From contig JBGARZ010000005.1 of NCBI GenBank assembly GCA_044229975.1, forward strand, positions 352,001-416,000: a stretch of DNA of 64,000 nt. The letters are read 5' to 3'. Below the pieces are notes generated by a model, which was given only the letters and a program-made list of their open reading frames with translations, made no database searches and was not told the origin of the DNA. The position numbers were made by a program, and so were the translations under genes. Numbering within the stretch: position 1 is the first letter of the stretch; the number at the start of each line of letters is the position of its first letter. Origin of the DNA: Polyangiales bacterium. Its GTDB lineage: Bacteria; Myxococcota_A; Polyangia; Polyangiales; Ga0077539. This document shows, piece after piece, positions 29,499-39,688 of this stretch.

Positions 29499-30155
29499 AT
29501 GGACACGCAACCGACGCCCTTCGCCGAGCACCAACGCTTCCTCGCGACGCTGCGCGCGAGGCTCCACGCGCAGGCGCTGGGCTTGCGCATCGCAACGCTG
29601 GCGGGGGTCTCGACCTGGGTGCTGGTGCACGGGCAGACGGCCGAGGCGCGGTACCTCTTCGTGGCACCGATGCTGGCGCTGGCCGGGGGCGCGCTGGAGG
29701 TCGGCCTGGAGCGGCGCGATCAGTTGCTGGGCGCGCTGGGTCGGCTGCCCACGGCGATGGTCGACGTCGAGCTGGTGGAGTCGCAGGTGCCGTGGCGTCG
29801 CGCGGTGTACCGCTCGGCGCTGCCGTGGCTGTACGTTCCGACGGCCATCCTCGCGGCGGGCATCACGCTCGATACGCTCGACGCGCGCCCCGGGTGGACG
29901 GCGCACCTCTTCTGGCTCATCGCGCTGGGCCTGGTGTCCGTCGCGGCCTACTGCGGGGTGCTGGGTGCGTGGTGGAGCGACCACTTCGGCGACGCCCGCG
30001 AGACCTCTTCGTTGCCCAGCGCCACCAGCCTCGCGGCGACGCCCGCGGTGGTGCAGCGGACGCCGTCGTTGGTTCCGGGTGAGCCGACGCCGGGGCCGTT
30101 TCCGGTGAAGCGCACGGAGTCGACGACGCAGAGCTTCGGCACGCCGGTGAGCTGA
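29499..30155 (+). CDS. Hypothetical membrane protein (about 4 TM)
   Basis: Hydrophobic segments; TACGAT 8 nt upstream of ATG. Confidence 0.65.
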   Translation: MDTQPTPFAEHQRFLATLRARLHAQALGLRIATLAGVSTWVLVHGQTAEARYLFVAPMLALAGGALEVGLERRDQLLGALGRLPTAMVDVELVESQVPWRRAVYRSALPWLYVPTAILAAGITLDTLDARPGWTAHLFWLIALGLVSVAAYCGVLGAWWSDHFGDARETSSLPSATSLAATPAVVQRTPSLVPGEPTPGPFPVKRTESTTQSFGTPVS

Positions 30156-30167
30156 CGGTCGGATCCG

Positions 30168-32777
30168 TCACCACACCGTCCGAACCACCACCCCTCGCGT
30201 CGACGACGCGCCGTCCCCGAGCTGTCCTTCGGTGTCGCGACCCCAGCAGCGCATCGTCCCGTCCGTTCGCACCACGCAGGTGTGCGTCGCCCCCGCCGTC
30301 ACCGCGCGCAGACCGTCCACCCCCGCCACCCGCACCGCCCGCGATCGTGACGTCCGCGTCCCGTCGCCGAGCTGACCAAACTGGTTCCATCCCCAGCAGC
30401 GCAGCTCGCTCGTCCCGGTGCGTGCGCAGGCGTGCGACCCGCCCACTGCGATCTCCGTCACGCCCAGCAGCGCGCTGCCCTCGTCGGTCAGCACCGGCGT
30501 CGCCGTCAGCGCCACCCGCTCGTCGCCCGTACCCGCCTGACCGCCGTCGTTGAGACCCCAGCAGCGAACCGTCCCGTCCCTCGACCGTGCACACGCGAAC
30601 GACTCGCCGACCCCGACCTCCGCCGCGTCGCTCACCCCATCGACCGCCGTCGGGAGCGTGCGCGCCGTCGAGGTCCCGTCCCCGAGCGAGGCGCCCTCTG
30701 GCGGACTCCCCCAGCAGCGCACCGCGCCGTCGCCCACGACCGCGCAGGACATCCGCTCGCCCGCCGCCACCGCGCGCACGTCGCGCAGCGCCAGGGTCAC
30801 TGGCGTCGTCGACAGCTCCCACACACCACCATCCGGCGAGGCCACCCCGAGCTGCTCGAAGTCGTTGGCGCCCCACGCCCGCGCCGTCCCGTCGCTCAAG
30901 CGCGCGAGCACGTGCCACAGCCCGACGCTCACCGCCGCGACGCCCGTCGACTGCACCTGGCTCGGCCGGTCGCGCGCATCGGGTCGACCGTCCCCCACCT
31001 GCCCGGCGCCGTTGGGACCCCAGCACGTGAGACGCCCGTCCGACTGCACCGCGCAGGTGCCACCGCCCGCCGACACCGACTGCACGTTCGTCAGCCCGTC
31101 GACGCGTCCGGGCGTTCCGCGCTCGCCCTCGGTGCCGTCACCGAGCCGGTAGTTTTCGTTGGAACCCCAGCACCACGCGACCCGCTCACCCGTCACCGCG
31201 CAGGTGTGCCGCGCGCCCGCCGACGCCTGCTCCACGCCCGTGAGCTCGCGCACCGCGACGGGAGACGTTCGCACCGAGGCCGCGTCGCCGAGCTGCCCCT
31301 CGCGATTGCTCCCGAAGCACGAGACCGCGCCGTCCGTCGTCAGCACGCACGTATGCGCCCGACCCGCCGTCACCCGGCTGGCGGTGAGGCCCGCGACCAG
31401 CGTCGCCCGCTCCACCCGCGTTCGCTGCGGCCCCGCCTGCCCTTCGTCGCCGCGACCCCAGCAGCGCACCGTCCCGCCCTCGCCCACCGCGCACGAGTGC
31501 AGCGCGCCCAGCGCGAGCCGCGTCACGCCGCGCAACGGAACGCCGTCTTCATCCACCACCGTCACCGGCACGTCCGATCGGTCGGCCCCCGGCCCGTCGC
31601 CGAGCTGCCCCTCCGCGTCGCGGCCCCAGCAGCGCACCCCGCCACCGTCGACGATCGCGCACGAGTGCCCCTCGCCCGATGCCACCAACACCGCCCCGGT
31701 GAGCACCGCCGTCGCCGACGCCGTGCGCGTGGAGCCCGCGGCTCCGTTGCCGAGCTGTCCTTCGCTGTCGTCGCCCCAGCAGTGCACCGCGCCGCTCGCG
31801 AAGAGCGCGCAGGTGTGGCTGCGTCCCGCGGCGATCTGCGTCACGTCGGCGAGCGGGCCCGTCGCCCCGCGCACCACGACGGGCGTCGTCGTGCGGGTGG
31901 TGGTTCCGTCGCCGAGCTGTCCGTAGTCGTTGCCGCCGAAGCACACCGCGCTGCCGTCCGAGCGCACCGCGCACATGTGCTCGCCGTTGCCGTTGAGGTC
32001 GCGCGCCACGTTGAGCCCGAGGATCACCGACGGCGTCCCGTCGCTGTACCCCCAGCAGAGCACCGCGCCGGCGGGGCGACGCACGCACACCTGCGCGATG
32101 GACGTCGCGATCTGCACGGCCTCCGCCACGCCGCGGGCGACGCGGGGGAAGGGGTGCGGGCGGAAGGTTCCGTCGCCGAGCACGCGGGCGTCGCGGTCTT
32201 GCGAACCCCAACAACGCACGGTGCCGTCGGAGAGCACGGCGCAGGTGTAGACGTCGCCCGCGGAGACGTCCGTCACCGTGAGGCAGCGACCGTTGGTTCC
32301 GCAGGTGACGGGACAGCTCATGGGGCACGCGCCGCTGTCCGTGACCGGGACGTCGGTGACGGCGCCGTCGGTGGGGACGCCGCCATCGCCCGCGACAGAC
32401 ACGGTGATGGGCGAGGCGCAGCGGCCGCCGGCGACGCAGGTTCCGCCGAGGCAGTCGCCGTCGTTGATGCAGCGGACGTAGCAGCGGCTGTCGGCGCAGC
32501 GGGCGCCCTGCGGGCAGTCGGCCTCCGACGAACACAAGCGCGTGGCGCCTTCGGGAAGGCACACCCGCGCGCCCGTCACGGCGCTGGGGAGGCAGGGTCG
32601 GCCGACGGGGCAGTCGCGGTCGCTGCGGCACGCCTCGCGGCAGTAACGATCGGCGCACACGAGGGGCTGGTCGCACTCGTCGCTGAAGGCGCAGGTGCCG
32701 CCGCTCGGGACCTTGGAGGTGCACGAGAGCACGGCGAGAGAGGCGACGAAAAGCGCGGCGGCGAGCGGGCGGAACAT
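30168..32777 (-). CDS. RCC1-repeat lipoprotein with Cys-rich N-terminus
   Basis: Lipobox VLSC; more than 12 repeats of H.CA...G.V.CWG....GQLG. Confidence 0.9.
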   Translation of the reverse strand: MFRPLAAALFVASLAVLSCTSKVPSGGTCAFSDECDQPLVCADRYCREACRSDRDCPVGRPCLPSAVTGARVCLPEGATRLCSSEADCPQGARCADSRCYVRCINDGDCLGGTCVAGGRCASPITVSVAGDGGVPTDGAVTDVPVTDSGACPMSCPVTCGTNGRCLTVTDVSAGDVYTCAVLSDGTVRCWGSQDRDARVLGDGTFRPHPFPRVARGVAEAVQIATSIAQVCVRRPAGAVLCWGYSDGTPSVILGLNVARDLNGNGEHMCAVRSDGSAVCFGGNDYGQLGDGTTTRTTTPVVVRGATGPLADVTQIAAGRSHTCALFASGAVHCWGDDSEGQLGNGAAGSTRTASATAVLTGAVLVASGEGHSCAIVDGGGVRCWGRDAEGQLGDGPGADRSDVPVTVVDEDGVPLRGVTRLALGALHSCAVGEGGTVRCWGRGDEGQAGPQRTRVERATLVAGLTASRVTAGRAHTCVLTTDGAVSCFGSNREGQLGDAASVRTSPVAVRELTGVEQASAGARHTCAVTGERVAWCWGSNENYRLGDGTEGERGTPGRVDGLTNVQSVSAGGGTCAVQSDGRLTCWGPNGAGQVGDGRPDARDRPSQVQSTGVAAVSVGLWHVLARLSDGTARAWGANDFEQLGVASPDGGVWELSTTPVTLALRDVRAVAAGERMSCAVVGDGAVRCWGSPPEGASLGDGTSTARTLPTAVDGVSDAAEVGVGESFACARSRDGTVRCWGLNDGGQAGTGDERVALTATPVLTDEGSALLGVTEIAVGGSHACARTGTSELRCWGWNQFGQLGDGTRTSRSRAVRVAGVDGLRAVTAGATHTCVVRTDGTMRCWGRDTEGQLGDGASSTRGVVVRTVW

Positions 32778-33067
32778 CGCGCCACACTATCAGCAAGCCG
32801 TGCCGGAAATGGCAGATCGGCCCCGACCCGATGGGCTCCGCGGTTGTGTTGATCGGGTGGTGCGTGGACGGACGCAACCCGACAACCGCGAGGCCCAGCA
32901 AGTGGGACCGCTGCCGCGAAGATCGATGGGCGCTTGCGCGTCGCATCGTCTACGCACCCGGAAGGATAGTTACCGCGGCGGTCGATCAGGGGGAGGACCT
33001 CGACCAGCCGCGGCGCCCTCAGGCAAGAGGGACCCTATCGCGGGTCGACGGGCTCACAAAGATTTCG

Positions 33068-34348
33068 TCACACCTCGGTCGAGGCGTGGATGAGGGCCTC
33101 GTACTGGGTCTGCACCCGCGTGAGCGCGATGGAGTCGAGGAAGGAGAGAAACGCGAACTCCGGCACCAGGGTCTTCCACCGACGAAGCCACGCCGGGATG
33201 AAGCGCGGGCGCTGGAGGATGCCGCGCCGCCGCAGGTGCACCATCGCGGTGAGGTCTTCGAGCGCGAGCCGACCGCAGACCAGGAGCTCCATCTCGTCGC
33301 GGAAGCCCTCGCGCACCACCGCGCTCAAGAACGCCTGCACGTCGAGCAGCCCCGCGAGGTAGACGGTGTCCTTGGTGAAGGGCGCGCCGCCCGTCAGAAC
33401 GCCGCCGCGAAACACCCGCTGCGCGTCGAGCCAGGCATCGCGCTCGGAGGTTCCGGTGTCGACGAGGTGACGGAAGACTTCGAGGAAGCTCGCACCCTGC
33501 TCGGCCATGTCGACCAGCAACACCCGGCCGGCGAGCCGCTGCATCCGGTCGATGGAGGCGCAGTGGTGGTGCAGCTCCGTAAACACCGCGAGGCCCTCCT
33601 GCATGCGTGTCGAGCGCGGACCGCCTACGCGAAGGAAGGGCGCCTCCAGTTGTGCTGCGCCGTTGTGCCCGGAGAGCGCGTGGGTCTCGACCTCGTGGTG
33701 CCACAGCGCGTCGGCTTCCCACGGCGAAAACGTCGCGTCGCCCCGCACGCGCACGCGGCTCATGCCCGCGACCACCTTGGCCGTCGCGTCGGGGTCGACC
33801 ACGATGTTGATGGCCATGGAGGGGTACTCACGCGCCACCCGCGCGCGCAGCATCGCGGCGAAGCCCTCGGCGTCGAGGGTCTCCACCTCGCCCTCGTCCT
33901 GGGCCTCGTCGGAGCCGTGCGGGCGGAGGCGTTCGAGCACGTGGTTGGCGAGGTCGATGTTGCGCTCGCGTCCGCCGTGGAAGCGCGTGCGGGCGCCGCC
34001 GTACAGATCCCGCGACAGCCGATAGAACTCCGTCGTGCCCATGGCGAGCAGCAGCCGGCAGGCGTCGCGCATGGAGCCGAGCGTCGAGCGCAGCCACACG
34101 GTCACCGGGTCGTCGCCGTCGAGGGAGTCTTCGGCGGCGGTGAGCTCGTCGACGCGCGCGTTGAGGCCGTCGCGGTCGATGTCGTAGGTCACCTCGGGGA
34201 GCGAGCCCGCGCCGTCGGCGAAGAAGCGCTCCTCCGCCGCGCGAGGCCACGCGATGGCTTCGAGCACCCGCACCTTCGCGCCGCCCTTCGCGAGCGTCTC
34301 GACCATCTGCAAGCGCTCGCGGAGCACGTCGTCGCCGGGGAGGGTCAT
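33068..34348 (-). CDS. DUF1704 / QEGLA-motif metallopeptidase (MATCAP-like)
   Basis: HHEVETH, QEGLA, RVFRGG, FTKDTVYLAG. Confidence 0.88.
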   Translation of the reverse strand: MTLPGDDVLRERLQMVETLAKGGAKVRVLEAIAWPRAAEERFFADGAGSLPEVTYDIDRDGLNARVDELTAAEDSLDGDDPVTVWLRSTLGSMRDACRLLLAMGTTEFYRLSRDLYGGARTRFHGGRERNIDLANHVLERLRPHGSDEAQDEGEVETLDAEGFAAMLRARVAREYPSMAINIVVDPDATAKVVAGMSRVRVRGDATFSPWEADALWHHEVETHALSGHNGAAQLEAPFLRVGGPRSTRMQEGLAVFTELHHHCASIDRMQRLAGRVLLVDMAEQGASFLEVFRHLVDTGTSERDAWLDAQRVFRGGVLTGGAPFTKDTVYLAGLLDVQAFLSAVVREGFRDEMELLVCGRLALEDLTAMVHLRRRGILQRPRFIPAWLRRWKTLVPEFAFLSFLDSIALTRVQTQYEALIHASTEV

Positions 34349-34429
34349 CGCCCGGCAGCCTACCGCGAACGTCGCCAGAAACGCGGGGCCTGTTTACGTC
34401 GGCCGGTATGCTGCGGGCGGAGCACCGCC

Positions 34430-35404
34430 ATGGCCGCACGCCGCGTCGCACCCATCCCCCAGCTCGACCTCTTCGCCGGCCCCGACCCCCTCGCCGCGGT
34501 CTATCGAGACGCCGCGGCCGTCGCCGCTCGGCTTCCGCCGCGGCTGCATTTCGGGACGAGCTCGTGGTTCACGACGGGGTGGGCGGGGATCGTCTGGGCG
34601 CGCCGCTACACCGAGGCCGATCTCGCGCATGAGGGCCTCACCGAGTACGTGCGCCACCCGCTGCTCACCACCGTGGGCATCGACCGCAGCTACTACGCGC
34701 CCGTTCCGCCGGCGGACTTCGATCGGTACGCGGGGCAGCTCCCGTCTGGGTTTCGGTGCGTCATCAAGGCCCCAGCGTCGGTGATGTCCGCCACGCTGCC
34801 GCAGAAGGACCGCGACGCCCCGCTCGTCGCCAACCCCGACTACCTGTCGCCCGAGCGCTTCTACCGCGACCTCGGCGACGCGCTCGTCGGGCACTTCCTC
34901 CCGCACACCGCCTGCGTGCTGCTGGAGTTTCCGATGGCCTCGCGGGTGTTCACCGGCGACGCGAAGACCTTCGCGCGGCGGCTCGACGCCTTCCTCGCCG
35001 AGATGGACCCGCGGTTGTGTTTTGCCGTGGAGCTGCGCGACCCGGCGCTGCTCCAGACGGCCTATGCGCGCGTGCTCGACGAGCGTCGGGTCGCGCACGC
35101 ATACAACCTGCACTCGCACATGCCGCTGCCGGGGGCGCAGCGCGCGGTGGTGTCACTCAAGCACCAGCCCTTCGCGGTGGTGCGGTGGTCGCTGCCGCCG
35201 CACACGCACTACGACGAGCGGAAGCAGGCGTTGCTGCCCTTCGATCGGCTGCAGGACGTCGACCCGGCGCGGCGGGCAGACACGCTGTCGGTGATTCGAG
35301 AGGCGCTCGGAGACGGGCTGGAGACCTGGGTGCTCGTGAACAACAAGGCCGAGGGGTGTTCGCCGCTCACCATCCGGGCGCTGGCGGACGCGCTGGCGGG
35401 GTGA
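34430..35404 (+). CDS. DUF72 family protein
   Basis: FGTSSW...W.G, TVGIDRSYY, IKAP, AVELR, LVNNKAEG. Confidence 0.88.
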   Translation: MAARRVAPIPQLDLFAGPDPLAAVYRDAAAVAARLPPRLHFGTSSWFTTGWAGIVWARRYTEADLAHEGLTEYVRHPLLTTVGIDRSYYAPVPPADFDRYAGQLPSGFRCVIKAPASVMSATLPQKDRDAPLVANPDYLSPERFYRDLGDALVGHFLPHTACVLLEFPMASRVFTGDAKTFARRLDAFLAEMDPRLCFAVELRDPALLQTAYARVLDERRVAHAYNLHSHMPLPGAQRAVVSLKHQPFAVVRWSLPPHTHYDERKQALLPFDRLQDVDPARRADTLSVIREALGDGLETWVLVNNKAEGCSPLTIRALADALAG

Positions 35405-35407
35405 CGT

Positions 35408-35574
35408 GGGGTGGGGACGGTTTCAGCTTTTCATGTTGTTACGGCTGCTCGGATCGTAACAACTTGAAAAGCTGAAACCGTTTCGCTGTTACGGCTGCTC
35501 GGATCGTAACAACTTGAAAAGCTGAAACCGTCCCCACCCCGTCCCAACTTGAAAACTTGAAACCGTCCCCACCC
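35408..35574. repeat. AT-rich nested inverted/direct repeat element
   Basis: 36-bp inverted repeat, 35408-35443 vs 35505-35540, one mismatch; exact 45-bp direct repeat at 35437-35481 and 35487-35531; third partial arm at 35545-35574. Confidence 0.9.
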
Positions 35575-35583
35575 TCCCCCGCC

Positions 35584-37053
35584 ATGCGCCCGATGGACGG
35601 CTTCTCCTTCGCGATCGACCCCGACTCCGAGCACCCGGTGTACGCGCAGCTCGCCCGCGCCGTGATCGACGATGTGCTCCGCGGGCGGCTCCGTCCCGGC
35701 GATGCCCTCCCGGGCAGCCGCACCCTCGCCTCGACGCTCGGCGTCCACCGCAACACCGTCCTCACCGCCTGGGGTGAGCTCACCGCCGAAGGCTGGATCA
35801 CCACCCGCCCCGGCGGCGGAACCTTCGTCGCCCCATCGCTCCCCAACCACGCCCCGCGGCGCTTCTCCCCGCGCGCCCCGGTCGCCACGGCCATGCCCGA
35901 CCGGGTCGGCTTCTCCCTGCCCGACGCGCCGCCCTCCTGGGACGATCCGTGGGACGCCCCTCGCGGCGCCCTCGTGCTCGCGAGCGGCATGCCCGACCTG
36001 CGCCTCGTCCCCGTCGACGCTCTCGCTCGCGCCATCCGTCGAGCCCTCACCCAACACCGCGAGGCTGCCCTCGGCTACGGCGATTCGCAGGGCCACCCGA
36101 GGCTGCGCGCCGCCCTCGCCGCCATGCTCGCGTCGCACCGCGGCCTGCCCGTCGGTGCGCAAGACGTGGTCGTCACCGAGGGCAGCCAGATGGGCCTCGA
36201 CCTCGTCGCACGCGCCCTCTTGCGACCCGGCGACGTCGTGGCCGTCGAGTCCCTCGGCTACCCGCCCGCATGGAGCACCTTCGCGCAGACCGGCGCCCGC
36301 CTCGTCGGCGTCACCATCGACCGCGGCGGCCTCTCCATCGACGCGCTCGAAGCCCTTGTCGCCAAGGAGCGCGTGCGGATGATCTACGTCACGCCGCACC
36401 ACCAGTACCCCACCACGGTCACCCTCTCGGCCGAGCGACGACTCGCCCTCCTGGAGCTCGCCCGCAAGCACCGCATCGCGGTGGTGGAGGACGACTACGA
36501 CCATGAGTTCCACTACGAGGGCAGGCCGGTGTTGCCCCTCGCGAGCGCCGACCTCCACGGCGTCGTCCTCCACGTCGGAACCCTCTCCAAGGTCCTCGCC
36601 CCCGGCCTGCGCGTCGGCTACGTGGTCGCACCCGCGCCGGTGCGAGCGCGCCTGGTGGCGCTGCGACAGCACGCCGTGCGGCAGGGCGTGAGCGCCATGG
36701 AGATGGCCGTCGCCGACCTGCTGGAAGAGGGCGAGCTGCAACGCCACGCGCGACGCATGCGGCGGGTGTACGCGCGGCGTCGCGAGGTGCTGCGCGGCGC
36801 GCTCGCGGAGTCGCTGGGCGAGGTGCTCACGGTGCAACCATCGGGCGGGGCCATGGCGCTGTGGGCGCGGGCGGCGCGCGGCTTCGACCTCGAAGCGTGG
36901 ACGGCGCGGTGCCGCGACGCGGGCGTGTGGTTCGCGACGGGGCGACGGTTTGCCTTCGATGGGCGCCCACGACAGGCGGTGCGACTGGGCTTCGCATCGA
37001 GCACGGAGGCCGAGATCGGGGAGGCCGTGAAGCGCATGGCGCGCGGGGTGTGA
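35584..37053 (+). CDS. MocR/GabR family regulator (GntR HTH + PLP aminotransferase domain)
   Basis: LPGSRTLA..LGVHRNTV...L.AEG HTH; TPHHQYPT, EDDYD, SKVLAPGLRVG. Confidence 0.93.
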   Translation: MRPMDGFSFAIDPDSEHPVYAQLARAVIDDVLRGRLRPGDALPGSRTLASTLGVHRNTVLTAWGELTAEGWITTRPGGGTFVAPSLPNHAPRRFSPRAPVATAMPDRVGFSLPDAPPSWDDPWDAPRGALVLASGMPDLRLVPVDALARAIRRALTQHREAALGYGDSQGHPRLRAALAAMLASHRGLPVGAQDVVVTEGSQMGLDLVARALLRPGDVVAVESLGYPPAWSTFAQTGARLVGVTIDRGGLSIDALEALVAKERVRMIYVTPHHQYPTTVTLSAERRLALLELARKHRIAVVEDDYDHEFHYEGRPVLPLASADLHGVVLHVGTLSKVLAPGLRVGYVVAPAPVRARLVALRQHAVRQGVSAMEMAVADLLEEGELQRHARRMRRVYARRREVLRGALAESLGEVLTVQPSGGAMALWARAARGFDLEAWTARCRDAGVWFATGRRFAFDGRPRQAVRLGFASSTEAEIGEAVKRMARGV

Positions 37054-37103
37054 GGGCCGTTGGCGCTTCCGCCACGAGCGCCGTGGCTCTACGACTCCCC
37101 TCG

Positions 37104-38312
37104 ATGACCACGCTCCGCCGCGCCTGCTTCGCGATCGTTCTTCTCGTCGCGGCTTGCGACTCCCCCGCTGCCCCGACCGATGCGAGCACGGTCCGCGACG
37201 CCAGCGACGACCTCGCGCGCACCGACGTCGTCGCCGTCGATGCTCCCGTCGTCGATGCCACCGACGCCGGCGCCCAACGATGCACGCGCGCCCTCTCCGT
37301 CGAGCGCGTCGAAGACCTCGGCGCCTTCTCGCTCCCCTCGGACGCCGTGCTCTCCCGCGACGGCGTCTCCTCCGGCCTCTTCCGCGGCCGCCTCGCGTGG
37401 ACCTTCGGAGACACCTTCCTCACGCGCCGCAACCCCATCGACAACAGCTCGGTGCTCTCGGCCACCGCAGGCTGGAGCCGCGCCGACGCGCCCCTCACGC
37501 TCAGCGAACCCGTCGACGACGCGGGCTTTCCCAACCAGCTTGTTCCGTACACGGACGAGGAGCTGCGGGCCAACCGCGCCGACGCGCTCAACGGCTGGGC
37601 GCTGTGGCCCGGCGCCGTCATCGACACCGGCACCAACGAAGCCCTGCTGCTCTTCCAGCGCATCAAGCGCATCAACGGCTCCGGCTTCGAGAGCCAGGGC
37701 ATCGGGATGGCCCGCCTCACCGAGGGATCCACCCTCGCCGTTCGCGCTGGCGCCGACCTCTTCCCGGCGGTGGCCGACGCGGGCGTCCCGGTGCTCTACG
37801 GCTCCGGGGGCGCGAGCGTGCTCGAAGACACCGTGTACCTCTTCGCGTGCGGCAGCGTCGGCTTCCTCAACCAGGGCTGCCGCGTCGCCCGCGCGCCTCG
37901 CGCTCGCGCGGCGGAGCGGGCGGCGTATGAGTTCTTCGACGGCGCGCGCTGGGTCGCCGACATCGCGCGCGCGGCGGTGGTCATCGAGCAGATCGGCGGC
38001 GGCGTCTCCATCTCGCTCAACCCGCACCTCGGCTGCTACCTCGCCGTCACCGGCGGAACCCTCCACAGCTCCATCATCCTCCGCTCGTCAGAGCACCTGG
38101 AGTCGGGCTGGGGCCGCGCGTCGTCGGGGGTGACCATCGAAGCGACCGCTGATGGGGGCGTTCTTCCGGCGCCGGAAGGGTACGACTACCTCTTCCTCGA
38201 ACACCCCGCGCTGCGCTCGGCCGATGGTCGGCAGATCGTCGTCAGCTACTCGCGACCGCTGGGCAACTTCCGCGGCGAGGTGCGCCTCGTGCGTATCACC
38301 CTCGGGCGCTGA
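37104..38312 (+). CDS. Lipoprotein, DUF4185/DUF5005-like beta-propeller
   Basis: Lipobox VAAC; RDG..S, WTFGDTF, VARAP, YEFFDG..W motifs. Confidence 0.6.
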   Translation: MTTLRRACFAIVLLVAACDSPAAPTDASTVRDASDDLARTDVVAVDAPVVDATDAGAQRCTRALSVERVEDLGAFSLPSDAVLSRDGVSSGLFRGRLAWTFGDTFLTRRNPIDNSSVLSATAGWSRADAPLTLSEPVDDAGFPNQLVPYTDEELRANRADALNGWALWPGAVIDTGTNEALLLFQRIKRINGSGFESQGIGMARLTEGSTLAVRAGADLFPAVADAGVPVLYGSGGASVLEDTVYLFACGSVGFLNQGCRVARAPRARAAERAAYEFFDGARWVADIARAAVVIEQIGGGVSISLNPHLGCYLAVTGGTLHSSIILRSSEHLESGWGRASSGVTIEATADGGVLPAPEGYDYLFLEHPALRSADGRQIVVSYSRPLGNFRGEVRLVRITLGR

Positions 38313-38341
38313 TCGCCGCCCAACCGTCGTACCATCGCGCG

Positions 38342-39688
38342 GTGTTCAACGATCAGACCGCGCCGCATCTCTGGGATGCGAAGGACCGCGCGCAGCTCAC
38401 CGAGCACCTCGTGACGCTGCGCGCGCAGTACGCGAAGTTTCTCATGCGCTGGACCATCATCGCGACGGTGCTCTGGTGGGTGACGGACCCGATCCTGCTC
38501 CGCCACGTGCCGGGAGGCGCGACGGCCTTCGGGCTCATGCGCATCAGCGCGGTCGTGGGCTCGTCGGTGGTGCTGCTCATCCTCCGTGGCGTGAACCGCC
38601 TCGAAGGTGCCCGCCTCGTCGCGTGCACGGTGGTCTGGTCTGTCTTCACTGCGTGCATGACGGCCAGCCTCTCGCGCCTCGGAAACTTCTCGACCCTGTG
38701 GTTTCACGGGTTCTACCCGGTGGTGATCGCGACGGCGTTCTTCCCCTTCCATTTCAAGGCCCGCGTGGTCTTCGCCACCATCATCGGCGCCTCGCTCCTC
38801 GGCGGCTTCGTGCTGGCGCGACCCGACGCAATGCGCCCGCCCTTCTTCGGCCCGACGGTGGGCTACATGGTCTTCACCGTCGGCGTCGGCATCGCCTTCG
38901 GGCACCGCTTCTTCCTCGTCACCTGCGAGGCGTTTCGCCAGCGCCTCGCCGTCGCCGCCCAACGCGAAGACCTGCGTCACCAGGTCGACCTCCGCACCGA
39001 AGAACTCCGTCGCCTCGCCGCGCACCTCGACCGCGGCGGCGAAGAGGAGCGCCGTCGCATCGCCCGCGAGCTCCACGACGAGCTCGGTCAGGGCGTCTCG
39101 GCGCTGCGCTACGCCCTCGCCACCACGCGCCGCCGCTTCGAGCGCGACCCGGCGACCATCGGCGTCAACATCGACGACCTCGACGAGCTCGTGCGGCGCG
39201 TGGCCGACAGCACCCGCGACGCGCTCACCCACCTCCGCCCGCGCATGCTCGACGACCTCGGGCTCACCGCCGCGGCCGAGTGGCTCGTCCAGAGCACCGT
39301 GGCGCGCGGAGGCATCGCCACGACGCTGCGCGTGGAGGGCACCGAGACCGCCACACACCGCGACGCCGACGGCGAGACCCGCGGGGCCGACCCGGTGAGC
39401 GTCGCGGCCTTTCGCATCCTCCAGGAGGCGCTCACCAACGTGACGAAGCACGCGGAGGCGACACGCGCGGAGGTGACCGTTCGCTTCGCCGAGACGCTGA
39501 CGCTGGAGGTCGACGACGACGGCGTCGGCCCGACGGCGGACGGCCCCGGCGGACGCGGCCTCGGGGTGCTCGGCATGCGCGAGCGGGCCCACGCCCTCGG
39601 CGGAACCTTCTCCCTGGAGCCCCGCCCTGGCGGCGGAACGCGCATGCGTTGCTCGCTGCCGCGCCCCGCGGCGGAGGTGTCGGGATGA
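38342..39688 (+). CDS. Membrane sensor histidine kinase (HisKA_3)
   Basis: About 5-6 TM; ERRRIARELHDELGQ, QEALTNVTKHA, DDGVG, GLGVLGMRER. Confidence 0.93.
   Translation: MFNDQTAPHLWDAKDRAQLTEHLVTLRAQYAKFLMRWTIIATVLWWVTDPILLRHVPGGATAFGLMRISAVVGSSVVLLILRGVNRLEGARLVACTVVWSVFTACMTASLSRLGNFSTLWFHGFYPVVIATAFFPFHFKARVVFATIIGASLLGGFVLARPDAMRPPFFGPTVGYMVFTVGVGIAFGHRFFLVTCEAFRQRLAVAAQREDLRHQVDLRTEELRRLAAHLDRGGEEERRRIARELHDELGQGVSALRYALATTRRRFERDPATIGVNIDDLDELVRRVADSTRDALTHLRPRMLDDLGLTAAAEWLVQSTVARGGIATTLRVEGTETATHRDADGETRGADPVSVAAFRILQEALTNVTKHAEATRAEVTVRFAETLTLEVDDDGVGPTADGPGGRGLGVLGMRERAHALGGTFSLEPRPGGGTRMRCSLPRPAAEVSG

Noticed and set aside
32778..33067. Possible ncRNA or small gene in the 290-bp gap
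   Set aside because: No recognisable RNA family, terminator or credible ORF.
32831..34429. N-terminal extension of the 857-aa ORF ending in DUF72
   Set aside because: Shadow of the DUF1704 gene on the opposite strand.
35408..35574. Possible mini-CRISPR (GAAAC/GAAAA-containing repeats)
   Set aside because: The sequence between the repeats is itself duplicated and palindromic; there are no distinct spacers or cas genes.
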